Notes: generated from the sequence alone by a model not told the origin. A DNA stretch of 64,000 nt from Eledone cirrhosa (GCA_964016885.1 OZ024744.1:102176001-102240000); one strand, 5' to 3'. Counted from the stretch's first letter, positions 12,728-25,700 are shown. Numbers and translations: made by a program.

Positions 12728-13818
12728 GTGTGTGCTTCCTTAAGATCCCACACCTTGGCGCAAAAACCAGCAGCAATATCCGCAGAGCCATATGAAGGGA
12801 TAATTGGCCCACTTGGCACCCTCCCTACTGAGATTCCTCTCCAAGAAACATTGCAATGCAGATAACATGTACTCTGAATAACTGTCTGATATGCCAGACA
12901 AACTGTTGCTTGCGTACCTACGTCGTCTATAAGATAGAATGTGACAGGTGTAATGAATTTTACATTGTCAACACCATCTGACCTCTACACGTCCGGATCA
13001 AAGAACATGTCAACACTAGAGCCTTGTCTTTCCGAAAATACATCATCAAATGTGGAAACAAAAGCAGAAGGTCCACCGTCACAATGTAAGCGACGGAGCA
13101 CAACATTGGAACTGTAAGGATCAAGGAAGCACTCTGGATAAAACGTCTAGAACCACGAATCAATAATTGATCCGAGAGAAGTGAAACAAGATGGCTGGTT
13201 TAAATGGAACAGCACACACACACACACACACAATGACAATTGAGTGAATGTTATTGTGTGTATACTGTATATATACTGCCCACTGGCAGACAACTGCTAC
13301 CATGTTTGCCACCAACCCACATACCACTAACAGAATGCAAAGATTTGGCAGCACTGGTGTGTATACACAAAGCCACCGCCCCATCAATTAGTGTGAACAG
13401 CTACTACGATCTTCAACTTTAGTTGACTGCACCAATACCACGTGCTCGATAGACAGTGTATTTCAATTGTACACACATGGCAGACAAGGAAGGCTATTCA
13501 TTGTTACCTTCCCTGACGTACTTTTTTCCCCTCGGAAACCCCCCCCCCCCCCTGTAGATGGATGTGAAATCCAAAATATAGGGACCAAAGAAACGTTTCA
13601 GGTAACTATCTCTGGTTTTCTTTTTATGCCTTTTATTACGTTTTTTTTTACATTCTCTACATCTCTTTCTACACTTCTTCATACTACTACCTGTTTTTGT
13701 TACCCGGAGATTTACCTATCTGCATTGTAGAGGCTCCCAAAACGACTATTTTTATATATATTTATGTTTGTGGGTCAACCATGATAAAATAGCAAAAGCA
13801 CTCTATGTTATGTAACTC

Positions 13819-16800
13819 TTACTTGTATTTGTGTTGACATTCACCCTGGACGGGTTGAGCCGGCCTCTTCCCTTGTCCTAACGGCATCCCGAACCATGGC
13901 AGCCCACGCATGACGTTCCGGGCTAGGTCACAGGAGATAGTGAGCCAGTCACAGTTCCATCGGCGCAGGCCGACTACCTGCGGACCTGAGAGTTCGGAGA
14001 GGTCCTCCTTGATTGTCGTTGCCCAGGTCTTCAGCTGCCCGCCAACGCGCTTGCGGCAGTTAGGGAGTGGAGGTGAGAGGAGAACATCACGGATCAGCTC
14101 ACCCTCAGGGTGCAGGGCTGGGTGACCAAAACCATCTCAAGCGCCGTTGCAGAAGCACTGAAGGAAGGGGCCAAAGATTCAGGCGAAGACGAAGACTGGT
14201 GGTAGGTACCCAATCAACGTGTCAGCAGCAGAGACAGTCATTGTCGATCACCTCCAGCCCTCGTTGATCGACTACCCTCATAGGCCATGTTTCACAGCCA
14301 TAGAGGAGGATAGGTCCTTTGGTCGCCGAGGTGATCTCTCTTCTGTCCCCCAGACACCGCTGGAGGCGCCCAAAAGCGGATCTGGCAGCACCTATGCGAC
14401 ACTTGACCTCGGCTGCACCCTGTCCTGTTGGAACCACTGTTGAGCCCAGGTAAACGGACTCCACATCCTCCAGGTCCACGCCCTCGAGAGATATTGGTTG
14501 CCAGGCATCAGGCGAGACCAGTGACGTCATGACTTTCGACTTGGTGGCATTGATTCGTAGACCAACAGCGGCGGCTGCAGTGTGCACCCTTTCGAGAGCA
14601 CCTTGTACATCTGTCCCATTTGCGCCCATCAGCACGATGTCATCCGCGTAGGCCAGGTCCGTCACCACGACCCCTCTCCCGACCTCTACGTCCGGGTAAT
14701 CCCGGAGCGCTGTGTTGAGAGTGTAGTCAATGGCGTAGTTAAAGAGAGTTGGCGATAGCGCACACCCCTGCCAAACACCGGTCCCAACATCGAACGACTC
14801 CGTCTCCCCACCATAGACCCTCACTCGGGCCCGAGTCGACCGGTAGTAGCCTTGTATGAGATGAAGCAGCTTCACTGGGATGCCGTCCGCCTGCATCATA
14901 CGCCACAGGGTTTCCCGATCTACTGAGTCGAAGGCAGCCGCAAAGTCGATGGAGCAGAGGACGGTAGGCTGTTAGGCTGTTGATATGCCCACCGTTGTTC
15001 TAGGACACGCCGGAGAATGAAGATTTGATCAACGCACCCCCTTCCCGGACGGAAGCCACCCTGAGAAGGACGGGTACGGACATCACGGATGGCCTGGAAC
15101 CTCTTCAGCAGAAGAATTGCAAAGGTTTTGGCAGCAACGTCAATTAAACTGATACCCCTGTAGTTGGGACACAGTTTCCTGTCGCCTTTTTTGAAGAAGG
15201 GTAGGAGAGTTGCCTCGCTCCAGTCACCAGGGAACCACTCCATCGCCCACACCGAGGAGAAGACTTGATGGAGCCAAGCTGCGAAGACATCAGGCTCGGC
15301 CTTGGAGACCTCAGCTGGAACGCCATCTTCGCCCGGCACCTTGTTGTTACGGAGATGTGTCAGGACACTACGTACCTCCTCGACCGTTGGAGGGGCAGTG
15401 TTGCACCCGTATTCTTCTCCAGAAGGCTGCACGTAGGTTGGCGTGGGTGGTGGCGGGTGGTTGAGCAGCTCGGAGAAATGGTTCAGCCATCGGACTAGCC
15501 GCTCATTAAGATTGGTAATGACCGCCCCGTTCCGATCACGGATCATTATGCTGATACCCGTACTGCTTCGGCTGGCCCGCTTCACCAGTTGGTAGAGCTT
15601 GTGCGAGTCACCACAGGCTGCTGCCCTCACCGTCTGCTACGCAAATTCGCGCCAGGTTCAGTCCAATCGGCCCGAATAGCCCCAGATGTGCGACGTCGGA
15701 GATCTCGAAGATTGGGTGTACCCTCTCCGCGAGTTCAAGAGAGATCCAGTCCCGATGGCATCTTTGGGTCGACCCGAGATGGTCCCTGGCCACCTCAACT
15801 GTCGCCGCCCTGAGCGCGTTCCACTCCTGCTTCGGCTGCTGTTCCACTTCATTACTCAGCATTTGGTATCGGTTTCGCAGCTCTAGCCGGAAAGCATTTC
15901 TAGCATCGAGCTTGAGTCGCGAGATGTTGATCCTTTTCTGGCGGTTGGGAGGAGGTTTCGCCTGCAGCCGCAGACTAAGGGTTGCTCGAACAAGAGTATG
16001 GTCTGACCCATGCTCACTGCCCGTATCAGCCCCTCGATACGCACACGGGTCCATCACCGAGATCTGACCAGGATGTAGTCAATCTGATTGGGTGTTCTTC
16101 CATCATTGGATCGCCACATGACGAGGTGACGCCGAGGATGTTGGAACCAGGTGTTGGTGATAAGACGATTGGCATACGCGAAGGAGACAAGCTGTTCACC
16201 ATTGTCACAGCGTACGCCTAGGGCAAAGCGTCCTAGACTATGCCGTGTTGTATCATCAGCCGGCCTTGTCCGCGCATTCCAGTCCCCAGCGACAATGAGA
16301 ACATCACTGGAGGGGACGCCATCCACGATTGTTTGGAGATCGGCATAGAACTGCGTCTTGTCCGCCTCGTCCACATTGAGTGTGGGAGCATAGACGGCAA
16401 TTACGCTGACGTTGGAGATTTGATCCTTCAATCGAACCAGCGCGAGTTGGTGTGAGATCGGCTGCCACACCAGCAGAGCCGCTTCCGCGTCGGGGCTGAG
16501 CGCTACACCGACCCCGTGAAGGCCACTGTTGTCAGTCACGCCACTATGATACAAGTGGTAGGAGATGTACTCGCCAGCCAAGAACTTTGATCGGAAGATG
16601 ACCAACATCGGGAAGTCGAACTTCTGAAAGGCAAGCGACACTAACGCAGTACCTGTGCAGAGCCTTCATTGTAAGTGCCTGGACACCGTCGTCACGAAGT
16701 GTTCAGACGTTCCAGCACGCCACCCTCAATTCATTCCTTCGTCTGAAGAGCGGGAGTAGTCTGTAGAGCCATAGCGGTAGGAGCGCTGGTGCTTTGCATT

Positions 16801-17177
16801 GCGTTTGTAGCGGGAAGGCAATTCGTATTCATAGTTCGTATTTGTAGGATTCATGGAAGAAGTGTCATGGGAGTAGTGATTTCACAAGCGGTCCCCAAAA
16901 AGCCCACATGTATATCCCGAACGAGGAGAAAAAAACGTCCTGTTTGCTGCAGATTCTCCACAGACGCAGGGACAGAAACGACTCAAAGCCACCGGTTACC
17001 GGAGCAGACACCTCTTGGATTTTCACCAGAGCCCCTTTTACCGGGTTGCGGCCCTAATACCATTGGGTGCCAGACCAATCCGCCTTGGGTGGCCCTACCA
17101 GGAACCGAAGTTCCCGACGGCATAGCTCTGACACTACCCGTTGCCACCGCCCTGCCACGTTGAGGAGGGGTTGGACT
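13819..17177 (-). mobile_element. Near full-length decayed RTE LINE (APE endonuclease + reverse transcriptase) with an 11-bp target site duplication
   Basis: Endonuclease motifs GVGVAL, YAPT, GDWNA, QIDYIL and GSDH. RT motifs NYRGISL, QGGFRPGRGCVDQIF, AAFDSVDR, GVWQGCALSP, LAYADD, YLG and LLYGCETW are spread over several frames. TTATGTAACTC flanks both sides (13808-13818 and 17178-17188). Confidence 0.93.
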
Positions 17178-17290
17178 TTATGTAACTCATCTGTCATTGA
17201 TGCTGAATCCTGTGGCTGGTGCAGGAACAGAGTTAAATATTAATTTAATTAAAACTACAGGAGGTCAGACTGGGATATCCTTTAAAGTTT

Positions 17291-17760
17291 TTATGTTGCT
17301 AAAAAAAACCCACAAAAAAACACTATATTCACCGCGATGTCATTTATGAACGCCAACTGCACCACATGTTCGCAACCCACCTGAAACCCAGCCTGCATGG
17401 CCAATCGCCTTATCTCCGCTGCAAAAATATCCACACGCTCACCGCCGTTCCATCTAATCCTTGCCAGCTTAGCAAACACGGTAAGCGATCCTTCCGCAAA
17501 CCTTCCATCATATGCCACTCAATTTTTTGCGCGTCCTTCTGGCTGAGGTCTTCCATCTCGAGGTACAACGCTAGCGCTTCGCCTTCGAGATAGACGATGT
17601 AGCAGGCCTCATTGCACTTTATTTTTTGTAGCTCAGCGACCAGCTGAACCTTTCGCATCCAGGCAACAATGTCACCTTCACTGGTAAAAACTCTAATTAC
17701 TTCTCCGCTCATCCGTAATCTCATCGCCATCTCCTTAGTCCTGCGGTAAGTAACAAACAA
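17291..17760 (-). mobile_element. LTR retrotransposon gag-like fragment (probably Ty3/Gypsy), frameshifted
   Basis: FTSEGDIVAWMRKVQLVAEL...YLEGEALALYLEM and, in a second frame, GERVDIFAAEIRRLA...VVQLAFIN resemble retrotransposon gag. Confidence 0.6.
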
Positions 17761-18332
17761 CAGAATCCTCTCTGTTTTCCAGTAGCTTTGTCTTCAAAAA
17801 GAAATTCTCCCCTTTTTTTTTTTTTTTTTTTAATTGTAAGTCTTCAGATGCCGAAATAGCTTGTAATAAGAAAGCTACTGCACTTACCACAATTCTGCTA
17901 GCTCACTCAGCGAGCTAGGCTCATCCACGTGGGTATCATCCGTTCGTCGCGGGTCACAGCTGAAATAAGAGGGCCCCCGAATGTTCCTGGGTATGCATCT
18001 CACGTCACTTCCTCTTCCAGTCGATCATCCCCAGCTTCCGGTCACTTCCACCACACCATCCCCACAATTATCTCGCATATTATTGAATCTATGAGATTTT
18101 GATATTTATTTTGAGAACAATACCTTAACATAAGTATGAGCACCCAGTTACAGCCGGTTTAAACAGAAAGAGGTGAGAGAATGCTGGCCACATACAGCCG
18201 ATTTAAATGCTAAAGGGTTAAAACAAGCAGTTTTGTATTGTAGAATAAAAGTCAGTTTGGGGCAATTTGGTATTAAAGGGGTTGAATTTATATTGATAAA
18301 ATAACCAGAAATCAACAAGTTTGTAAATTCAA

Positions 18333-18338
18333 TTTATT
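18333..18338 (-). promoter_or_regulatory. Candidate polyadenylation signal of the SIRT2-like gene
   Basis: AATAAA on the minus strand, ~220 nt downstream of the stop codon. Confidence 0.45.
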
Positions 18339-18559
18339 ATTCCTAGATATTGTATACAAAACAAAAAAATGTATTAAATAATTAGTATATCATCATCATC
18401 ACCATCACCATAATTCTAAGAATATGTTGTAAATACATTTTAAGTGATAAAAAATATGCCATACAAACATTTAATCCAAAACTACTTAACAAAAACTATG
18501 AGTGTCATTTACATACCAAGTGAAATGCAATCAAGGTATTAGAGAATGTTATTTTCACA

Positions 18560-18709
18560 TTACAGAATTGAATCTGTACTTTCCACTTCCAACGTGGTTT
18601 CCTTTTCCACTGTGGTTAGTGAATCGTCTATTGTGGTTTCCTTTTTCACTGTGGTTTGTAAATCTGCCACAGATTTGTGTCCTTTTGTAATTAATTCTTC
18701 CAATTCTTT
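18560..18709 (-). CDS. SIRT2: Sirtuin-2-like, terminal coding exon (KELEELITKG...ESTDSIL*)
   Basis: Acceptor tttttgtttctgtag, phase 0, 49 codons plus TAA. KELEEL matches SIRT2 KELEDL. Confidence 0.85.
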   Translation of the reverse strand, partial: KELEELITKGHKSVADLQTTVKKETTIDDSLTTVEKETTLEVESTDSIL

Positions 18710-19034
18710 CTACAGAAACAAAAATAAAATAAAATAAAAAATATAATATAATAAAATAAAATGAAATGAAGCAAATAATTTTTTTTCTCTACAAATTGAC
18801 ATACCTCCTCCCCCCTCTCCCCACTCTCTCTCCAGGCATCGTTTGTAGTGTCCTTGGCAGGTTATCTACAATATGATACCCTTCCTATCATTACCCAAAG
18901 TATTGTAATGCAATTGACACAACTAGTGGGTCCCCATGGCCACTTGTTTGGTATGGTTTCTACATTTTCAATCAGTTCATTACACATAAGTTTTGCTAAA
19001 TATATATAAACAGTAATTGCTTTTCACCATCATA

Positions 19035-19855
19035 ATCATCATTTAATGCCTATTTTCCATGCTAGCATGGGTTAAACGAGTTGTCCTGTTTGAGGCAAGT
19101 TGGGTCAGGTGATTGTGTCATTCATACAGAACTGTCTAGTTTGGTTTCTATGGCTGGATACCCTTCCTAATACCTACCACATTTACAGTGTGGACTGGGT
19201 GCTTTTTGTAAAGTCGTCGTGTAAGTGTTACAACAAAAACAACCCACTCCACTTTGTAAAGAGGTCATATAAGTGCCACAACAAAAAGCACCCAACCTAC
19301 ACTGTAAAGTGGTCATGTAAGTGTCACGACAATGTAGGTTGGGTGCTTTTTGTTGTGACACTTACACGACCACTTTACAAATTGGACTGGGTTCTTTTTG
19401 TCATGATATCTACACGACCACTTTACCGTGTAGGCTGGGTGCTTTTTGTCGTGACACCTGCATGACAACTTTAGAATGTGGGCTGGGCGCTTCTTGCCAT
19501 GACACCTACACAACCACTTTACCGTGTGGCCGGGTGCTTTTTGTCATGACACCTACATGACCACTATACAGTGTGGACTGGATGCATTTAGTCGTGACAC
19601 CTACACGACCACTTTACAGTGTGGACTGGATGCATTTAGTCGTGACACCTACACGACCACTTTACAGTGTGGACTGGGTGCTTTTAGTTGTGACACCTAC
19701 ACGACCACTTTACAGTGTGGACTGGGTGCTTTTAGTCGTGACACCTACACGACCACTTTACAGTGTGGACTGGGTGCTTTTAGTTGTGACACCTACACAA
19801 CAACTTTACAGTGTGGACTGGGTGCTTTTTGTCATGACACCTACATGACCACCCC
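19035..19855 (-). repeat. SINE family B copy whose internal 48-bp segment is tandemly expanded (~13 units, some inverted)
   Basis: Unit gtgacacctacacgaccactttacagtgtggactgggtgcttttagtc. The preceding sequence (ttccatgctagcatgggtt...ttctatggctggatacccttcctaa) matches dispersed copies at 34580 and 36185. Confidence 0.9.
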
Positions 19856-19926
19856 CAATCTATCATCTATAGCAGTGTTAACAATTATGTATAGTTAAAC
19901 ATAGAAAAAAAAACAAAGAAACTTAC

Positions 19927-19993
19927 TTGATAACCTAGCAATTCGGCAAGCTTTTGGCATCCATCATCACAGGTACCTTGCCAAAATACATCA
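19927..19993 (-). CDS. SIRT2: Sirtuin-2-like exon (R)DVFWQGTCDDGCQKLAELLGYQ
   Basis: ttttcaaagcag acceptor and gtaagt donor. Aligns with human SIRT2 DVAWLGECDQGCLALAELLGWK. Phases match the flanking exons. Confidence 0.93.
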
Positions 19994-20109
19994 CTGCTTT
20001 GAAAATAATATATCAGAAAAATTATTATATAAAATCTCGTTCGAATATTTTGTTTTGCAGTTGAATATTATTCATGATATTAAGAAATAATCGCGAATGG
20101 AAAGTATAT

Positions 20110-20260
20110 AACAACTACCACCACTACAACTACTATCACTACTACCACTACTATCACTACTTCTATCATTATTACTACTACTATCATTACTACTACTACT
20201 ACTACCAACACTACCACCACCACCATTACTACCACTACTACTACTACAACAACAACAACA
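20110..20260. repeat. Compound (TAC/CAC/AAC)n trinucleotide microsatellite
   Basis: Direct inspection. Confidence 0.9.
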
Positions 20261-20358
20261 GGTGAAACTGACCTGATGTTATGTTAGACATCTACGAAAT
20301 TCTCTTTAAATCAGTCTGCCAATTTTTTTATTGGTTTCTCAAATATACTGAATCATAA

Positions 20359-21287
20359 TCTATAAAGCTCAGTGTGTGGTCATGCTCCTTCGCTATAGAA
20401 ATCTACGATATAGAATTTCTTCAATTGAAATTTACAATTCAGTATTCAAAATAGTTTCGATTGCGTCTTGGCACAGATAATTTTTTCAATTTCACCCACA
20501 ATTACGCAAAAAATAGATAAAACTCAATATTTTACGATTTTTCTCTCTCATTTAAACTGCTGAACTCTTTCTACTACCATTCAAAATCTATACAACTTCA
20601 TACTTTCTGCTACTTTCTCTTTCCAAGCTTGATGGTGATACTGTCCGTTCACACCACCCCCTACTGTCTTAAATATAGAAAACACATATCCTCTATGAGG
20701 TTACTAAACCTGCTAGAAACAGCAGCTAACTCTCCCCCATATCACACCCCTCCCCACACCACCCCCTACTGTCTTAAATTTAGAAAACACATATCCTCTA
20801 TGAGGTTACTAAACCTGCTAGAAACAGCAGCTAACTCTCCCCCATATCACACCCCTCCCCACACCACTCCCTACTGTCTTAAATTTAGAAAACACATATC
20901 CTCTATGAGGTTACTAAAGCTGCTAGAAACAGCAGCTAACTCTCCCCCATATCACACCCCTCCCCACACCACTCCCTACTGTCTTAAATTTAGAAAACAC
21001 ACAGACAACCATGCAGAACAACTCCATCGCAGCTCTGTTGTTCGGCTGGCATCATCTACGCGCGTGTTGCGCAAGTACTGTGAAACAATAAATTTCAACA
21101 CCTTTTTGCACAGAGATAATATCCATAGGCGGAACTACAATTGTCACTGCTGGCGCAGCTCCTGCTTCCAGGTCTGCAATTCATTCACCCAGTGCCTGGC
21201 AGACAAAAAAGTGCTGCCATAAAATGGGTGGTGCAACCTAACTTTGGTAACTTAATGACCCTGAGCAACGCCGGGCTTTAATGCTAG
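20359..21287 (+). mobile_element. Non-autonomous Helitron-like element containing a 105-bp tandem repeat
   Basis: Starts A|TCTATAAAG and ends with a GC-rich imperfect hairpin (ccctgagcaacgccggg) about 10 nt before CTAG|T. The 5' boundary is less certain than the 3' boundary. Confidence 0.6.
20650..21000. repeat. 105-bp tandem repeat, ~3.3 copies
   Basis: cacaccaccccctactgtcttaaa...cccctccc repeats at 20650, 20755, 20860 and 20965. Confidence 0.92.
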
Positions 21288-21555
21288 TATATAATATAAT
21301 ATAAAATATATAATATACTGTATATACAACATACAATATATAATATACTGTAGATATAAAATAGTGTATATACAATACATAATATACAATATATAATATC
21401 ATCATCCTTTAACATCTATTTGTCCATGCTAGCATGGGTTAGACAGGTCACCCACATCATGAGACAAGTCTGGTCAGCTGGCCACTCCATATTTTGCTCA
21501 TACAACACCAACCACATTTATATAATATACAATATACTGTAAATATAATATATAT

Positions 21556-21763
21556 TCCAGTGTGCTGAAAAGTTCCTGGCTTTAAGGGTATCATGACTGT
21601 GTAGAGCTTACAGGGGAGGAAGGACCACTGTGTTACCCTTACAGGGTGGACCACTGCAATAAGTGTGAGAATCTGAGAGGGGTGTATGTTGAATAGAATC
21701 ATAATCAACTGATCCTCCTGTATTTTCTTTTACCTAAAGCAAGGAACTTTTCAGTGCCCTGGT
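21556..21763. mobile_element. Mariner/Tc1-like MITE
   Basis: Imperfect inverted termini ccagtgtgctgaaaagttcctggcttta / taaagcaaggaacttttcagtgccctgg in a TA-rich context. Confidence 0.6.
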
Positions 21764-22118
21764 AATATACAATATATAGTATACAATATATCTTAGTCTT
21801 AGGTCCTTCCGCGCCGTTTGAGGCATCGAGCAGTAAGTACTCGCCAACAGTCATGATCAGTGGCAACTTTTTTGCGTCCATGTCAAGTGATGTTGGTTGC
21901 CATCAGGTCTTTTAGGAATGTTCTTCACCAGGTGATCCTGGGGCAATCCTGACTCCATTCACTGTTTTTGAGTGTCGTTCGTCGGGCAGGCGCAGAATAT
22001 GGCCAGCCAGTATACAATATATAGTATACTGAGTATACAACATACTGAATAGTTGACATTTTATGCATTAAATTAAGTTTTCTCTTAAGAATTGAAATAA
22101 ATGAGAGCTGTGACTTAC

Positions 22119-22174
22119 CGGTGATTATTTTCATCTTGAGAAGAATATTCATTGAAAATAGACGCAGAATCAGT
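22119..22174 (-). CDS. SIRT2: Sirtuin-2-like exon TDSASIFNEYSSQDENNH(R)
   Basis: tttattattttccag acceptor and gtaagt donor. The CG|T junction restores R-DVF. Position and phase match the human SDPF...KAYR exon. Confidence 0.82.
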
Positions 22175-22719
22175 CTGGAAAATAATAAACAAAATATGAC
22201 AAAATCTTTCATTAATTTCTGAGAAATATTTTTGGTAAAAATGAATTTAAAATATTTTCAATAATAATTTACTGAGGTGGGGTGGCTGTTACAGCAGGTG
22301 TTGCTGGCCATTGTCTGCTGAAATGCCTTTGCCATTTTGTCCATGAGCCGTAGCTAAAACACTGCTCTGACCTTGGTGTAGAGTCTGTCACCCACTCCCC
22401 CCTTTCTTCCTTTGCCTAATAGACCTTGCTCTTTCCACTCGTTTCCTCACATTGTGGCATTTATAGTCCTTTCCAATACTGCTTTATTTTTCTGTATGTT
22501 TGACTAAATATTAAATTCTTTATTATTTACTGAAAACATAATATCAAAATAGAAATGTGCAGAGAAGTCTGGTGAGAATCAAGAGCAATGGTGTAAAGTG
22601 TTTGAAGAACTTTGTTCAAGAGAGAAAACTTTATAAGAACAAAATAAAGTGTTGTGAGTTGCTAGTAGCTAGTTAAAGGTTGTTGTTGTTGTTGTTTAAC
22701 TTTAGGTTATTCCTTGTCA

Positions 22720-25700
22720 AGTAGTTAGACCCATGACCAAGTAGTTAGACCCATGACCTAGTAGTTAGACCCATGACCTAGTAGTTAGACCCATGACCTA
22801 GTAGTTAGACCCATGACCAAGTAGTAAGACCCATGACCAAGTAGTTAGACACATGGCCTAGTAGTTAGACACATGACCTAGTAGTTAGACACATGACCTA
22901 GTAGTTAGACACATGACCTAGTAGTTAGACACATGACCTAGTAGTTAGACACATGACCAAGCAGTTAGACCCGTGACCAAGCAGTTAGAGCTGTGACCAA
23001 GCAGTTAGACCCGTGACCAAGCAGTTAGAGCTGTGACCAAGCAGTTAGACCCGTGACCAAGCAGTTAGAGCTGTGACCAAGCAGTTAGACCCATGACCAA
23101 GCAGTTAGACCCGTGACCAAGCAGTTAGACCCGTGACCAAGCAGTTAGACCCATGACCAAGCAGTTAGACCCATGACCAAGCAGTTAGACCCATGACGCA
23201 GCAGTTAGACCCATGACCAAGCAGTTAGACCCATGACGCAGCAGTTAGACCCATGACGCAGCAGTTAGACCCATGACGCAGCAGTTAGACCCGTGACCAA
23301 GCAGTTAGACCCGTGACCAAGCAGTTAGACCCGTGACCAAGCAGTTAGACCCATGACGCAGCAGTTAGACCCATGACCAAGCAGTTAGACCCATGACGCA
23401 GCAGTTAGACCCATGACGCAGCAGTTAGACCCATGACGCAGCAGTTAGACCCATGACGCAGCAGTTAGACCCATGACGCAGCAGTTAGACCCGTGACCAA
23501 GCAGTTAGACCCGTGACCAAGCAGTTAGACCCGTGACCAAGCAGTTAGACCCGTGACCAAGCAGTTAGACCCGTGACCAAGCAGTTAGACCCGTGACCAA
23601 GCAGTTAGACCCGTGACCAAGCAGTTAGACCCGGGACCAAGCAGTTAGACCCGGGACCAAGCAGTTAGACCCGTGACCAAGCAGTTAGACCCGTGACCAA
23701 GCAGTTAGACCCGGGACCAAGCAGTTAGACCCGGGACCAAGCAGTTAGACCCGTGACCAAGCAGTTAGACCCGTGACCAAGCAGTTAGACCCGTGACCAA
23801 GCAGTTAGACCCGTGACCAAGCAGTTAGACCCGTGACCAAGCAGTTAGACCCGTGACCAAGCAGTTAGACCCGTGACCAAGCAGTTAGACCCGTGACCAA
23901 GCAGTTAGACCCGTGACCAAGCAGTTAGACCCGTGACCAAGCAGTTAGACCCGTGACCAAGCAGTTAGACCCGTGACCAAGCAGTTAGACCCGTGACCAA
24001 GCAGTTAGACCCGTGACCAAGCAGTTAGACCCGTGACCAAGCAGTTAGACCCGTGACCAAGCAGTTAGACCCGTGACCAAGCAGTTAGACCCGTGACCAA
24101 GCAGTTAGACCCGTGACCAAGCAGTTAGACCCGTGACCAAGCAGTTAGACCCGTGACCAAGCAGTTAGACCCGTGACCAAGCAGTTAGACCCGTGACCAA
24201 GCAGTTAGACCCGTGACCAAGCAGTTAGACCCGTGACCAAGCAGTTAGACCCGTGACCAAGCAGTTAGACCCGTGACCAAGCAGTTAGACCCGTGACCAA
24301 GCAGTTAGACCCGTGACCAAGCAGTTAGACCCGTGACCAAGCAGTTAGACCCGTGACGCAGCAGTTAGACCCGTGACGCAGCAGTTAGACCCGTGACGCA
24401 GCAGTTAGACCCGTGACCAAGCAGTTAGACCCGTGATTAAGCAGTTAGACCCGTGATTAAGCAGTTAGACCCGTGACCAAGCAGTTAGACCCGTGACCAA
24501 GCAGTTAGACCCGTGACCAAGCAGTTAGACCCGTGACCAAGCAGTTAGACCCGTGACGCAGCAGTTAGACCCGTGACGCAGCAGTTAGACCCGTGACCAA
24601 GCAGTTAGACCCGTGACCAAGCAGTTAGACCCGTGACCAAGCAGTTAGACCCGTGACCAAGCAGTTAGACCCGTGACCAAGCAGTTAGACCCGTGACCAA
24701 GCAGTTAGACCCGTGACCAAGCAGTTAGACCCGTGACGCAGCAGTTAGACCCATGACGCAGCAGTTAGACCCATGACGCAGCAGTTAGACCCATGACGCA
24801 GCAGTTAGACCCATGACGCAGCAGTTAGACCTGTGACCAAGCAGTTAGACCCGTGACCAAGCAGTTAGACCCGTGACCAAGTAGTTAGACCCGTGACCAA
24901 GCAGTTAGACCCGTGACCAAGCAGTTAGACCCGTGACCAAGCAGTTAGACCCGTGACCAAGCAGTTAGACACGTGACCAAGCAGTTAGACACGTGACCAA
25001 GCAGTTAGACCCGTGACGAAGCAGTTAGACCCGTGACCAAGCAGTTAGACCCGTGACCAAGCAGTTAGACCCGTGACCAAGCAGTTAGACCCGTGACCAA
25101 GCAGTTAGACCCGTGACCAAGCAGTTAGACCCGTGACCAAGCAGTTAGACCCGTGACCAAGCAGTTAGACCCGTGACCAAGCAGTTAGACCCGTGACCAA
25201 GCAGTTAGACCCGTGACCAAGCAGTTAGACCCGTGACCAAGCAGTTAGACCCGTGACGCAGCAGTTAGACCCGTGACGCAGCAGTTAGACCCGTGATTAA
25301 GCAGTTAGACCCGTGATTAAGCAGTTAGACCCGTGACCAAGCAGTTAGACCCGTGACCAAGCAGTTAGACCCGTGACCAAGCAGTTAGACCCGTGACCAA
25401 GCAGCTAGACCCGTGACCAAGCAGTTAGACCCGTGACCAAGCAGTTAGACCCGTGACCAAGCAGTTAGACCCGTGACCAAGCAGTTAGACCCGTGACCAA
25501 GCAGTTAGACCCGTGACCAAGCAGTTAGACCCGTGACCAAGCAGTTAGACCCGTGACCAAGCAGTTAGACCCGTGACCAAGCAGTTAGACCCGTGACCAA
25601 GCAGTTAGACCCGTGACCAAGCAGTTAGACCCGTGACCAAGCAGTTAGACACGTGACCAAGCAGTTAGACCCGTGAACAAGCAGTTAGACCCGTGACGCA

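Noticed and set aside
12730-13500. Possible remnant of the LTR element whose gag lies at 17.3-17.8 kb
   Set aside because: Composition looks transposon-like, but I could not identify protein motifs or a matching LTR by eye.
19100-19898. Cys/Thr-rich repeat ORFs (TYTTTLQCGLGAF...)
   Set aside because: They are open only because the unit is 48 nt. They lie in a SINE-derived array and are open in several frames.
20074-20265. Tyr/His-rich ORF
   Set aside because: Translation of a (TAC/CAC)n microsatellite.
20629-21222. 197-aa ORF with 35-aa repeats
   Set aside because: It results from the 105-bp repeat in a Helitron-like element, starts at TTG, and has no recognisable domain.
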